A DNA stretch of 40,292 nt from Hadesarchaea archaeon (GTDB taxonomy: Archaea; Hadarchaeota; Hadarchaeia; Hadarchaeales; JAGGTB01). This document shows positions 8,603 to 17,580 of the stretch, piece after piece; position 1 is the stretch's first letter, and each line of letters starts with the position of its first letter. Both the position numbers and the translations under genes were made by a program. The notes beneath the pieces were generated by a model, which saw only the letters and a program-made list of their open reading frames with translations, was not told the origin of the DNA and made no database searches. The stretch covers positions 1-40,292 of the forward strand of contig JAGGTB010000025.1 of the NCBI GenBank assembly GCA_021163965.1. Reading direction: 5' to 3'.

Positions 8603-9692
8603 TGGGAATGGAGGAGGATTCTTGGCGAAGCGAAGTATTTACGTAGCATCCATAAAGGAGCTGGCTGGAAAAAGCATAGTGACGATCTCTCTAGCTTTGA
8701 AAGCCAAAGAGATGGGGGAAAAGGTTGGGTACTTCAAACCCGTCGGCATAGGTTCATCCTTAAGTGGCGCGGGGGAAGTTGTCGATGAAGATGTTGAGAC
8801 TATGAAGGAGATACTTGAACTCGAGGAAGAATACGAGCTTATATGTCCAATAACCCTCGGAAAAAGCGAATTTTTGGAGGAATTCTCCAGAACAAAAATC
8901 GAAGAGTATAATAAAAAAATTTTGGAAGCATACGAAAAAATTTCGGAAGATAAGGACATTATGCTAATCGAGGGACCTGACACTTTATCGACAGGCGCTT
9001 TCCTAAACCTATCCGTTCCGAGACTCGCAAAAGCTTTCTCTTCCAAGATTCTCCTTGTTGCTCAAGTTAAAGATGACTACGTTGTGGATGAACTCATTCA
9101 GGCCCGTGACTACTGCGCCAAATGGGGCGTATCGCTGTTCGGAGTTGTATTAAGCCGCGTTCCAACCGATAAGGCGACCAGAACGGAATATGTCATCAAA
9201 AAGCATCTCGAAGAACAAAATCTTAAGGTTTTGGGAGCGATTCCGGAAGAAAAGACGTTGAGCGCCCTAACAGTTAGAGAAGTATACGACGCAGTTGGGG
9301 GGGAGATACTCGCCGGAAGGGGAGGAATGGACAAGATAATCCAAACTTTCCTGATAGGCGCCATGAGCATGGAAAGCGCCACGAAATACTTCAGAAAAGC
9401 CACCAACAATCTCGTGATAACCGGAGGGGACAGAACCGACATAATATTCGCTGCCCTAGAAGCGGGCACGTCAGCTCTGATCTTAACGGGTAACCTACAC
9501 CCAAGCGTGAAGATTCTGTCGCGAGCGGACGATTTGGCCGTCCCCGTAATTTTAGTGCCTCACGACACATTCACAACGTTGCAGCTGATTCAAAAAATCA
9601 TTGGGAAGATCAAACCTAAAGATAAGAAAAGAATCGACATCGCAAAAAGGCTTTTCGAAGAGAACACGGAATGGGAAAAGATCCTGCAATAA
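8595..9692 (+). CDS. BioD-like/AAA + DRTGG domain protein (phosphotransacetylase N-terminal-like)
   Basis: 365 aa with YVASIKELAGKS..GYFKPVG and ITGGDRTDIIFAALEAG (DRTGG motif). Confidence 0.8.
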   Translation: MDDGNGGGFLAKRSIYVASIKELAGKSIVTISLALKAKEMGEKVGYFKPVGIGSSLSGAGEVVDEDVETMKEILELEEEYELICPITLGKSEFLEEFSRTKIEEYNKKILEAYEKISEDKDIMLIEGPDTLSTGAFLNLSVPRLAKAFSSKILLVAQVKDDYVVDELIQARDYCAKWGVSLFGVVLSRVPTDKATRTEYVIKKHLEEQNLKVLGAIPEEKTLSALTVREVYDAVGGEILAGRGGMDKIIQTFLIGAMSMESATKYFRKATNNLVITGGDRTDIIFAALEAGTSALILTGNLHPSVKILSRADDLAVPVILVPHDTFTTLQLIQKIIGKIKPKDKKRIDIAKRLFEENTEWEKILQ

Positions 9693-9766
9693 AACGTATG
9701 GGATTATTTAGCGCCCGGATTGGAAGAAAACGCGGGTGTGAGAGGAACGATAGAAGTGAGATAGAG

Positions 9767-9901
9767 ATGTCGAGCAAGAAGCTTTTTTTTCCAATATCGT
9801 TGCTCGTTACAATATCTCTGTTGTTGCTTCCTCAGTCGTCTGTGAAGGCGTGGCAATATGGCTACTCAATGGATCCTACTACATCCAGTATGATCCCATA
9901 G
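9767..9901 (+). CDS. short ORF with a signal-peptide-like N-terminus; probably the 5' remnant of a decayed gene
   Basis: MSSKKLFFPISLLVTISLLLLPQSSVKA. Downstream protein-like reading frames continue out of frame up to about 10370. Confidence 0.25.
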   Translation: MSSKKLFFPISLLVTISLLLLPQSSVKAWQYGYSMDPTTSSMIP

Positions 9902-10446
9902 AGATACCCACCCACGGCATGTATTGGTCACTCCACCCGATTATGCTACAGTTAGTTTATACAAACAAAGGCATTATAAAAACTGCCCCTCCAGTCAGAG
10001 GTAGGCTAGGGACAACGTCGGGAGAATAGCTGAATCACATCGTTCAACTGGCTTTGGTAACATTTACGTTTACAAAATAGCATTGTGGGTTCAAGTGATC
10101 TCAACGGGAGGGAGAAATTGCGGCCCCAGCTTGCGTGTACGGCGACTCATCACCCTCGTCTGTGCGAATCTACGACAGCGCTATCCCGGAGGGACGCGAG
10201 AGGCCGATACCTCTAACCATCCGCGTAGGAGAATAGAAACGCTGCGATCAGTCCGACGACGACGGAGCAGTGAGGATTAACGGGAAGCGTGGCGGTGGCT
10301 GTGCTTCTAGCCGACCAGAGGTAAAGGGAGAGATTTACCTTCAATTCTCACTTTTCGATGCCCACCATTGAAACCCACCACAAGAAGTAGGAAGAACAAG
10401 CTATAAGAAAACTAAAGAAGACTACTTGGTTGGAGGAGAACAAGTA

Positions 10447-11094
10447 ATGAAAATAACGATAGTCTACGACAACGAAGTGTTGAAGGGTGGATTGACAGCG
10501 GGCTGGGGTTTCTCCTGTTTGATTGATGACGACGTTTTATTCGACACGGGTGATGATGGCATGGGCCTGCTGCACAACATGAGAGAGCTGAGCATCGACC
10601 CGGGCAACATAAAATCAGTCGTGTTGTCGCACGGCCACGGGGATCACATCGGCGGTTTACCTGAGTTGCTCGAAGAGAATCAAAAACTTACCGTGTACGC
10701 CCTACCGTCGTTTTCCAAGTGGCTGGAAAGCCAAATCCCCGCAAAAACGAAACTCGTTGAGGTTCGAAAACCGATGCAAATACGCGAGAGCGTCTTCACA
10801 ACGGGCCCGCTGGGCACCCGCTTTGAAGAGCAATCCTTGGTCTGCCTAGACAAAAAAGGAGCTTTTGTGATTACGGGCTGCTCCCATCCCGGACTGGGAA
10901 GCATCCTGAGCGCGGCATCGAAGTTCGGCGAGGTGTACGGGGTCATCGGCGGCTTCCACGGGTTTAGCGATTTCGACATCTTAAAAGAGGTCAAGCTGAT
11001 TTCCCCCTGCCACTGCACGTCGCACAAAGAGGAGCTGGCACGGATGTTCCCGAAACAACATCTAAGGTGCGGGGCAGGGCTGGTGGTTAAATGA
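10447..11094 (+). CDS. MBL-fold metallo-hydrolase
   Basis: MKITIVYDNE...LSHGHGDHIGGL (HxHxDH motif). The ORF track starts at 10426; ATG 10447 is more likely. Confidence 0.85.
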   Translation: MKITIVYDNEVLKGGLTAGWGFSCLIDDDVLFDTGDDGMGLLHNMRELSIDPGNIKSVVLSHGHGDHIGGLPELLEENQKLTVYALPSFSKWLESQIPAKTKLVEVRKPMQIRESVFTTGPLGTRFEEQSLVCLDKKGAFVITGCSHPGLGSILSAASKFGEVYGVIGGFHGFSDFDILKEVKLISPCHCTSHKEELARMFPKQHLRCGAGLVVK

Positions 11095-11624
11095 GCGAGC
11101 TCAAGAGGGTTATCATCCCGATTATCTGTGCCGCGACCATTGGTGTTTTCGCTTGGTTGGCCATCGAACGTGAGACAGCGGCCCCACTTCGGCTCGGAGA
11201 AAACGCTGCGGAGAGGTACATCGAAATAGTCGCAGATGGACCGATTTTGCACTATCGAGAAACCCTCTCCTGGGACAAAAATCAATTTCTCCAGATCATG
11301 GAGGACCAAAATGACTTTCTCCCCGCCCAAATTGAGAAGTTTAACGAGAGATACGACGTAGTTGCCGATAATTTCGGCGTTGAGTTCAACGAAGAGAACA
11401 ATGCAACGGTTTTCAAGTGTGACGTCCACGGTAAGGAGTATGCAAAAAATAAGTATGATTTACTCTGGTTCCTAAACGTCCACGGGCTGGATCTCATCTA
11501 CGACTTCACGGAGTCCGAAAGGGAACTCTCGTGGAGGGGAACTATCGACAACGTGGACACGACCGTCGTTCTCAGCTTTCCCTTCCCAATCGCTCACTGT
11601 CACGGACATGTATGGCCAAAGTAA
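11091..11624 (+). CDS. hypothetical membrane-anchored protein
   Basis: 177 aa with an N-terminal TM helix (IIPIICAATIGVFAWLAI). Its start overlaps the MBL stop (ATGA). The C-terminus is HCHGHVWPK. No family recognised. Confidence 0.5.
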   Translation: MSELKRVIIPIICAATIGVFAWLAIERETAAPLRLGENAAERYIEIVADGPILHYRETLSWDKNQFLQIMEDQNDFLPAQIEKFNERYDVVADNFGVEFNEENNATVFKCDVHGKEYAKNKYDLLWFLNVHGLDLIYDFTESERELSWRGTIDNVDTTVVLSFPFPIAHCHGHVWPK

Positions 11625-11660
11625 GCCAAACTACTCTGGCGCAATCCTTTCCATTATCCC

Positions 11661-11861
11661 TCATGCCAAATCTTTTCTTATTTCACCGTTCGGCAGCATG
11701 TTGTCGGGGTGGGATTCCCCCCTTTCTTCCATGCGGTACCGTACGCAGTTTTTGTAGTCACCCATACAGTAACGCTCGATCCACTTTCTCTCCAGCTTCC
11801 CCTCCTCGTAGAATCTCTTCATCGGGCAGACCTCGTACCATTTGCAAACCTTTCGAGCCAT
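11661..11861 (-). CDS. small Cys-rich protein of the type often annotated next to, or as, uracil-DNA glycosylase
   Basis: 66 aa with CKWYEVCP...YCMGDYKNCVRY...HPDNMLPNG. Divergent from the UDG gene. Confidence 0.6.
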   Translation of the reverse strand: MARKVCKWYEVCPMKRFYEEGKLERKWIERYCMGDYKNCVRYRMEERGESHPDNMLPNGEIRKDLA

Positions 11862-11933
11862 ACGATCGCGTGAAGATAACTAGGCCAAACGTTAAATTTA
11901 ACGGACGCCCTCGACAAAACCCATTGGTGGAAG

Positions 11934-12512
11934 ATGCGCGAAAAAATAAATGAATTTAAAAAGCTGAGTTGGAAAATCAGGAGTTGCAAAAAGTGCGAGC
12001 TGTGGAAAACTAGAACCCACGCACTTCCGGGTGAGGGCAACATCTTTTCAAAATTGATGATCATCGCGCAGGCTCCGGGCCATACTGAAGACAGAGAGGG
12101 GAGAATGTTCGTTGGACCCTCTGGGAAAAAGCTGAACGTACTGTTTGAGAAAGCAGGCATCTCAAGAGAGAAGGTATTTATGACAAATCTCCTCAAGTGC
12201 GTGCTCCCCCATAACAGAAAACCCCGCCCGGAGGAAATCGAAACTTGCGCCCCTTACTTAGACAGAGAAATGGATTTGGTGGATCCGGCTATCATAGCTA
12301 CTTTGGGTTATTTCCCCGCCAGATATGTTTTCAAGAAGTTTGGAATTGAAGACGAGCTGGATTTCCCAAGAGTTTGCGGTGAAGTTTTCTCAGTCGGTGC
12401 CAAGAGGATAGTTCCTTTGGGCCACCCAGCAACGTTGCTCTACCGCGGATCGCTCGAAGGGAAAATGGTGGAAAACTACAGAACTCTGAGGAGATTGCTC
12501 GATTCGGTTTGA
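11934..12512 (+). CDS. udg: uracil-DNA glycosylase, family 4/5 type
   Basis: CKKCELWKTRTHALPGEGN..MIIAQAPG..EDREGRMFVGPSG motif set of thermostable Fe-S UDGs. Confidence 0.85.
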   Translation: MREKINEFKKLSWKIRSCKKCELWKTRTHALPGEGNIFSKLMIIAQAPGHTEDREGRMFVGPSGKKLNVLFEKAGISREKVFMTNLLKCVLPHNRKPRPEEIETCAPYLDREMDLVDPAIIATLGYFPARYVFKKFGIEDELDFPRVCGEVFSVGAKRIVPLGHPATLLYRGSLEGKMVENYRTLRRLLDSV

Positions 12513-12546
12513 AGATCTAGCGAGGTTAGCTTCTTTGTCTACGCAT

Positions 12547-12747
12547 TTAAGTTGCCGACAAGACTAAGATCAGTATCACAATACCTATGATGGTAGGTAT
12601 CAAGCTCACTGTGAGAACACGGTTTGCCATATCCGGATCGTCATCCTTAATTCCGAGGTAACCGAGAGCCCCGATGAGCACGCCTCCCAATAGTGCTGCG
12701 AGGTACCACCAAGGCGTTGGACTAACCGCTCTTTTCCTCTTTGCCAT
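12547..12747 (-). CDS. small two-TM membrane protein (hypothetical)
   Basis: 66 aa with two hydrophobic helices. There is no homology signal. Confidence 0.4.
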   Translation of the reverse strand: MAKRKRAVSPTPWWYLAALLGGVLIGALGYLGIKDDDPDMANRVLTVSLIPTIIGIVILILVLSAT

Positions 12748-13163
12748 TTCCCCATCTCCTTTGGTTTTGTTTTAATTTTATGAACAAAAAGCTATAAATC
12801 AGTTAAGCAACTGGCGCTGTTTACAATAAGCAGGTTATCAGACCTCCCATGCAATTTCTCTCCCATTCCCACGCTTGATCGAGTCCTTGACTCGCTCGAT
12901 CGCGAACTTGCAGGGAACTCAGGATTCTGAAAATGCCAACGGCAAAGGTATGGGCTATCTTGGTCTCTACCCGAAATACTTAAACATTCGGTAAAACCTC
13001 GTGGCGTAGAAGGAAGTTTTCTTCCATATTAGAAAAAATTCATTCCACTTCGTGTTCCAGTATTCAATCATCGTTCTAACTCCCCCATTATTCAAAATTT
13101 AATAAGCACATCCGGTTTTGTTTGGGAAATAACCGGAGAATTGGCCTGATTTTACCAATGAAA

Positions 13164-13197
13164 CTATGGTGCGGGGGGTGGGATTTGAACCACGGAC
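13164..13197. repeat. partial duplicate of the 3' end of tRNA-Leu(GAG) (att-like direct repeat)
   Basis: ctatggtgcggggggtgggatttgaac-cacggac is identical to 14348-14382 except for one C indel. It covers the T-arm, the acceptor 3' strand, CCA and 3 flanking nt. Confidence 0.85.
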
Positions 13198-13281
13198 GGC
13201 CACTAGAATAGACGCTTTATAAGAAGAAGACTATAATCACTATCGGGGGTTCACATTAGCTCTGTAGCTAAGCCTATCGGC

Positions 13282-13461
13282 TTGGAGGTTGCTCAAACCT
13301 TAGTGAAGATTAGGGACGAAATTGATAGAATACTTGAAACGCTCGAGATAACTAATGATGAGGAACTAATGCGGGGAATTCGGGAGGGACTAAAACAAGC
13401 GAAGCGAGGAGAAGGCGTTTCCGTCGATCAACTTTTACGTAAGCTTAGGAAAAGCGGTTAG
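13282..13461 (+). CDS. putative antitoxin (archaeal RelB/Phd-like), TTG or GTG (13303) start
   Basis: LEVAQTLVKIRDEIDRILETLEITNDEELMRGIREGLKQAKRGEGVSVDQLLRKLRKSG. The ETLEI..D.EL...I..G pattern is typical of antitoxins paired with RelE/ParE. It is below the ORF-track size cutoff. Confidence 0.55.
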   Translation: MEVAQTLVKIRDEIDRILETLEITNDEELMRGIREGLKQAKRGEGVSVDQLLRKLRKSG

Positions 13462-13712
13462 GTTTTTCTGTAAATTCGCTTTCTATGCCCCACCTCTACC
13501 AACCAAATGGTGCCCTCTTTTTCATCTACCCAATAAATGACCCGATAATCGCCAACTCTCAAGCTAAAAAGGCCGCTGAGTTCGCCCTTGAGCATCTTGC
13601 CTTCATAAGGATCGTCTGCAAGTTTGCTCGCTTTGTTTAGAATTCTGCGCTTAGTTGCTGCATCAAACTTATTTAAACTCTTGACGAACCGTGGAGTTGC
13701 CTTAACTTGCAT
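13458..13712 (-). CDS. RelE/ParE family type II toxin
   Basis: 84 aa with LSGLFSLRVGDYRVIYWVDEKEGTIWLVEVGHRKRIYR. It is convergent with the antitoxin ORF and the two stop codons overlap. Confidence 0.8.
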   Translation of the reverse strand: MQVKATPRFVKSLNKFDAATKRRILNKASKLADDPYEGKMLKGELSGLFSLRVGDYRVIYWVDEKEGTIWLVEVGHRKRIYRKT

Positions 13713-14350
13713 GTGATCACAGCCCGTGGATTCGCATGCTGGGTGATGGGTGGCTATCGCGCTCGCTTTTTTTAAAATTACTTCAAGCTCTGCTAGGTGA
13801 TACTCCAGGTTTAATTCTCCAATTGTTTTCTCGTCTTTTTATAAAGTATTTTATAAAGTCCCAAATAAGTTCATATGTTTTGTTTTTTAGCCACTCTCTG
13901 TTATGATCTCAACGATGGAGGCTAACAACAAAAAATTCAAAGCTGTTGAATAGGTGACATTGTGTCCTGCCAATGTGAAAAGCAGTATCAGCATCCCCCA
14001 GTAGAGAAAAGAATGACATCAATGTTTTCCTTTACGTGGTCTCTTAACTGAGCAAGAACATCATATACTTCCGAGACAGCCCAAGGTTCTATGTTCACTT
14101 AGAGATGGAATAAGAGTGGAAATACAGTTGATCCTCTATACTCAGATAACCGTTGGAGTAGTGGTTCAGTCTCTTGTCTGAAGTGTTCGAAGGTGTTATG
14201 CATGTAACTCACGAAATTGGCTGTCGAAACGTAGATGCTTTAAAAGAGGATTCTAAACCCAGGCTGAGCGACTTTCATTTGTCCTGACAAAAGCGGGACG
14301 CCCGTCATACCGGAATCCCGAACGGGGCCCGATTCAGCCTTTTCAACCTA

Positions 14351-15225
<875 letters not shown>

Positions 15226-15234
15226 CCAATCGCC

Positions 15235-15630
15235 TCACAGTCTGCGGCCTCTCCGGCCTCCCTTCTTCCGCGTGCCATCGTGCGGGATCGGCGTGACGTC
15301 TTCTATCCGCCCAATCCTGAGACCCGCACGAGCCAACGCCCTTATCGCCGCCTGAGCCCCCGGACCGGGACTCCTAGCCTTACTACCCCCGGGCGCCCGA
15401 ACCTTTATGTGAACTCCCACAAAACCTTTATCCTTCGCCTCTTCCGCCGCCCTCATCGCCGCCTGCATAGCGGCATAGGGGGAGGATTCCTCGCGGTCGG
15501 ATTTCACTATCATCCCCCCGGAAACCTGCGAAACTGTCTCGGCCCCGGTGAGATCCGTGATGTGAACTATCGTGTTGTTGAAGGACGCAAAAATGTGAGC
15601 CACTCCCCATCTCTCCTTCGGCACCTTCAT
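15235..15630 (-). CDS. rps11: 30S ribosomal protein S11 (uS11)
   Basis: [21 protein letters not shown]...; synteny. Confidence 0.95.
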   Translation of the reverse strand: MKVPKERWGVAHIFASFNNTIVHITDLTGAETVSQVSGGMIVKSDREESSPYAAMQAAMRAAEEAKDKGFVGVHIKVRAPGGSKARSPGPGAQAAIRALARAGLRIGRIEDVTPIPHDGTRKKGGRRGRRL

Positions 15631-16157
15631 CCCTCCTCGCTCGCCTTGGCTTCCCCGACCCGCTCAGATCCACGAGCAAACGGGGAGTCGGGGACATAGC
15701 CTATTTTTCCCTCCTCCTCCGCGGTCACGAGGTAGCTGGGTACCGTAACCTTCCTCCCCCCAATTTGAATGTGGCCGTGGACAATTAATTGACGGGCCTG
15801 GCGCGGCGAGTTGGCCAAGCCCTTCTTGTGGACGATCGTCTGGAGGCGGCGGTTCAGGATGTCCTCGATGCTCAGTCCCAGAACGTCGTCTAGAGTCCCT
15901 TCGGAGCCTATTAGGCCCAGGCGCCGCAGGCGAGAGAGCAGTTGCCCCGCTTCTCTCTCCGCTTGGGCGCCGGACGCGGACAACAGGAGCCTAGCCTGCC
16001 GTCTGAAGTTCCGCAGGACTGTCTCCGCCCTCCAGACCTCTCTCTTCCTGCGCATGCCGTATTTTCTGAGCAATTCGTCTTCGGCGTCCATGCGGCTCTT
16101 TTCCCAAGGGTGTCTCGGGGTAGAGTACTTCTTCCGATGCCTCCTAGGATCGCCCAA
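15627..16157 (-). CDS. rps4: 30S ribosomal protein S4 (uS4)
   Basis: [18 protein letters not shown]...; synteny. Confidence 0.95.
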   Translation of the reverse strand: MGDPRRHRKKYSTPRHPWEKSRMDAEDELLRKYGMRRKREVWRAETVLRNFRRQARLLLSASGAQAEREAGQLLSRLRRLGLIGSEGTLDDVLGLSIEDILNRRLQTIVHKKGLANSPRQARQLIVHGHIQIGGRKVTVPSYLVTAEEEGKIGYVPDSPFARGSERVGEAKASEEG

Positions 16158-16162
16158 TCACA

Positions 16163-16663
16163 TCACCCCTTCTTCTTGGATTTCTTCGCCGCCTCTTCCC
16201 TCATCCTCGTCTCCTTCCGCTTCACCCCGACCGTTATGCCCTTACGGCCAGTCGTCCTGGTCCTCTGCCCGCGAACCCGCAGCCCGCGCTCGTGCCTGAT
16301 CCCGCGGTAGCTTCGGATGCGGCGCTCCCGGGCTATGTCAAAGCGGAGGGCCATATCGATCTCGCCTCCGATGAGGTGCTTGTCTTCCCCGGTTTCGATA
16401 TCCTTCCTCCTGTTCAACGCCCAAGCGGGGATTCCGTGGGCGGACGGGTTCTCCAGTACATCGGTCAACCTCTTCATTTCCCCGTCGTCTAGCGCTCCTA
16501 TTTTCTTGAACATGTCTACCTTCGCCGCCCGAGCAACGGCATGAGCCATCGTCCACCCAATTCCCTTGATCTCGGTCAGGGCTAGGCGGACTTGCTTCCC
16601 GCCGTCGAGATCCTTCCCCGCCAAGCGAACTATCGGCTTGATTTCTTCCTTTGTCTCGGCCAT
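16163..16663 (-). CDS. rps13: 30S ribosomal protein S13 (uS13)
   Basis: [19 protein letters not shown]... motif; synteny. Confidence 0.95.
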   Translation of the reverse strand: MAETKEEIKPIVRLAGKDLDGGKQVRLALTEIKGIGWTMAHAVARAAKVDMFKKIGALDDGEMKRLTDVLENPSAHGIPAWALNRRKDIETGEDKHLIGGEIDMALRFDIARERRIRSYRGIRHERGLRVRGQRTRTTGRKGITVGVKRKETRMREEAAKKSKKKG

Positions 16664-16726
16664 TTTTCTCGCCTTTTACCCTACGTAATCGCGCGAAACG
16701 CCTATTAAGCTATTCGGAATTTTCGG

Positions 16727-16815
16727 TGGCGCCGGGGCTGGGATTTGAACCCAGAAGGCCCAGAGGGCCACCGGCTCTCCAAGCCGGCGCGTTAGCCTGG
16801 TTCCGCCACCCCGGC
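16727..16815 (-). tRNA. tRNA-Ser(GGA), class II, CCA encoded
   Basis: Reverse complement GCCGGGG-UG-GCGGAACCAGGCUAACGCG-CCGGC-UUGGAGA-GCCGG-UGGCCCUCUGGGCCUU-CUGGGUUCAAAUCCCAG-CCCCGGC-G-CCA. Confidence 0.9.
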
Positions 16816-16838
16816 GTCAATTTAACTATGACCTAAGG

Positions 16839-16846
16839 ATTATAAT
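16839..16846 (-). promoter_or_regulatory. TATA-like box for the tRNA-Ser/S13 transcription unit
   Basis: ATTATAAT centred about 27 nt upstream of the tRNA 5' end (16815). Confidence 0.4.
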
Positions 16847-16952
16847 GCCATTTCTCCTTCCCGCGACAGCTCGAAATGGCAACGGTTCTGCATACGAACT
16901 TTTTCGCGACTCCCGGTCGGCCTGTTACGCGCGAGCACAGCTACCGGCGGAC

Positions 16953-16977
16953 ATTTGTTACATTAAAACAAAGATTT
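16953..16977. repeat. palindrome-containing repeat, copy 1 (ATTTGTTACATTAAAACAAAGATTT)
   Basis: Member of the 4-copy family ATTTGTTA-(AT-rich)-AACAANGATTT. All copies are in the same orientation and are flanked by CCGG-rich sequence. Confidence 0.7.
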
Positions 16978-16985
16978 CCGGCGGG

Positions 16986-17025
16986 CCCGGGATTTGTTAT
17001 ATATATAACAAAGATTTTTCCCGGG
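16986..17025. repeat. palindrome-containing repeat, copy 2 (CCCGGG-ATTTGTTATATATATAACAAAGATTTTT-CCCGGG)
   Basis: Perfect 18-nt palindrome TTGTTATATATATAACAA bracketed by CCCGGG on both sides. Confidence 0.8.
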
Positions 17026-17234
17026 CGTCAGATCGATTGTCGTATTTGGTGGCAGCGAAATGGCTGAGTTGTTATATCTATTGAACTCTGAGGATGAAGT
17101 TTCCTAAGCTTCCTCCTTTCTAATCTCATTCAAGGCTGGGCTAACGAGTGATGGTGAAAAATTCAACCCTTTAGTTTCAAAAGCCGAAAGCTGAGGTATT
17201 TAAAGAGAATCTTCCATAAAGTAAACAGGGGGGA

Positions 17235-17477
17235 ATGGAAGAAAAAATCGAACAGCTTTTCGAGATACATGAGAAAAGCGAGGAATGGTTCAGCGCTCAT
17301 CAGAAGGAGCTCGAGCGAAAATATGAAAGCAAATTTATCGCTATCAAAAATCGAGAGGTCTTAGCCGCTGAAGAGGAGATAGAGAAACTACTGGAACTTA
17401 TTGAGAGAAAAGGTGAAGATATCAATCGGGTTTTCATCACTTTCATCCCGCCTAAGGGTGTAGCTGCGATTCTATAG
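17235..17477 (+). CDS. small DUF5678-like protein
   Basis: 80 aa, MEEKIEQLFEIHEKSEEWFSAHQKELERKYESKFIAIKNREVLAAEE.... The architecture matches small archaeal proteins usually found upstream of retropepsin-like proteases. A TATA-like tatttaaag lies about 33 nt upstream and a G-rich RBS is present. Confidence 0.55.
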   Translation: MEEKIEQLFEIHEKSEEWFSAHQKELERKYESKFIAIKNREVLAAEEEIEKLLELIERKGEDINRVFITFIPPKGVAAIL

Positions 17478-17580
17478 AGGGAGACCATGAAAATCCCCCT
17501 CAGGATACGCATACGTTTTGATCAACCGATGCCATTTGCATTCATAGGTTTTAAGATCCCGCAAATACCGCATTCGTCCG

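Noticed and set aside
10083-10280. 65-aa Arg-rich ORF.
   Set aside because: Its composition (RRRRSS, RVRRL) is typical of a non-coding frame, and it lies within the decayed-gene interval.
16953-17025. Possible CRISPR array, given two palindromic repeats 40 nt apart.
   Set aside because: There are only 2+2 copies. The repeat period (about 40 nt) leaves 13-15 nt spacers, the copies are imperfect, and no cas genes or leader are present.
17090-17215. C/D-box or H/ACA small RNA near cbf5 (GGATGAAG, GTGATGG and CTGA strings; also GATGAC repeats at 18020-18075).
   Set aside because: The box spacing and order do not fit the archaeal C/D architecture (C-12nt-D'-loop-C'-12nt-D). No convincing H/ACA hairpin with a pocket plus an ACA 3' tail could be drawn.
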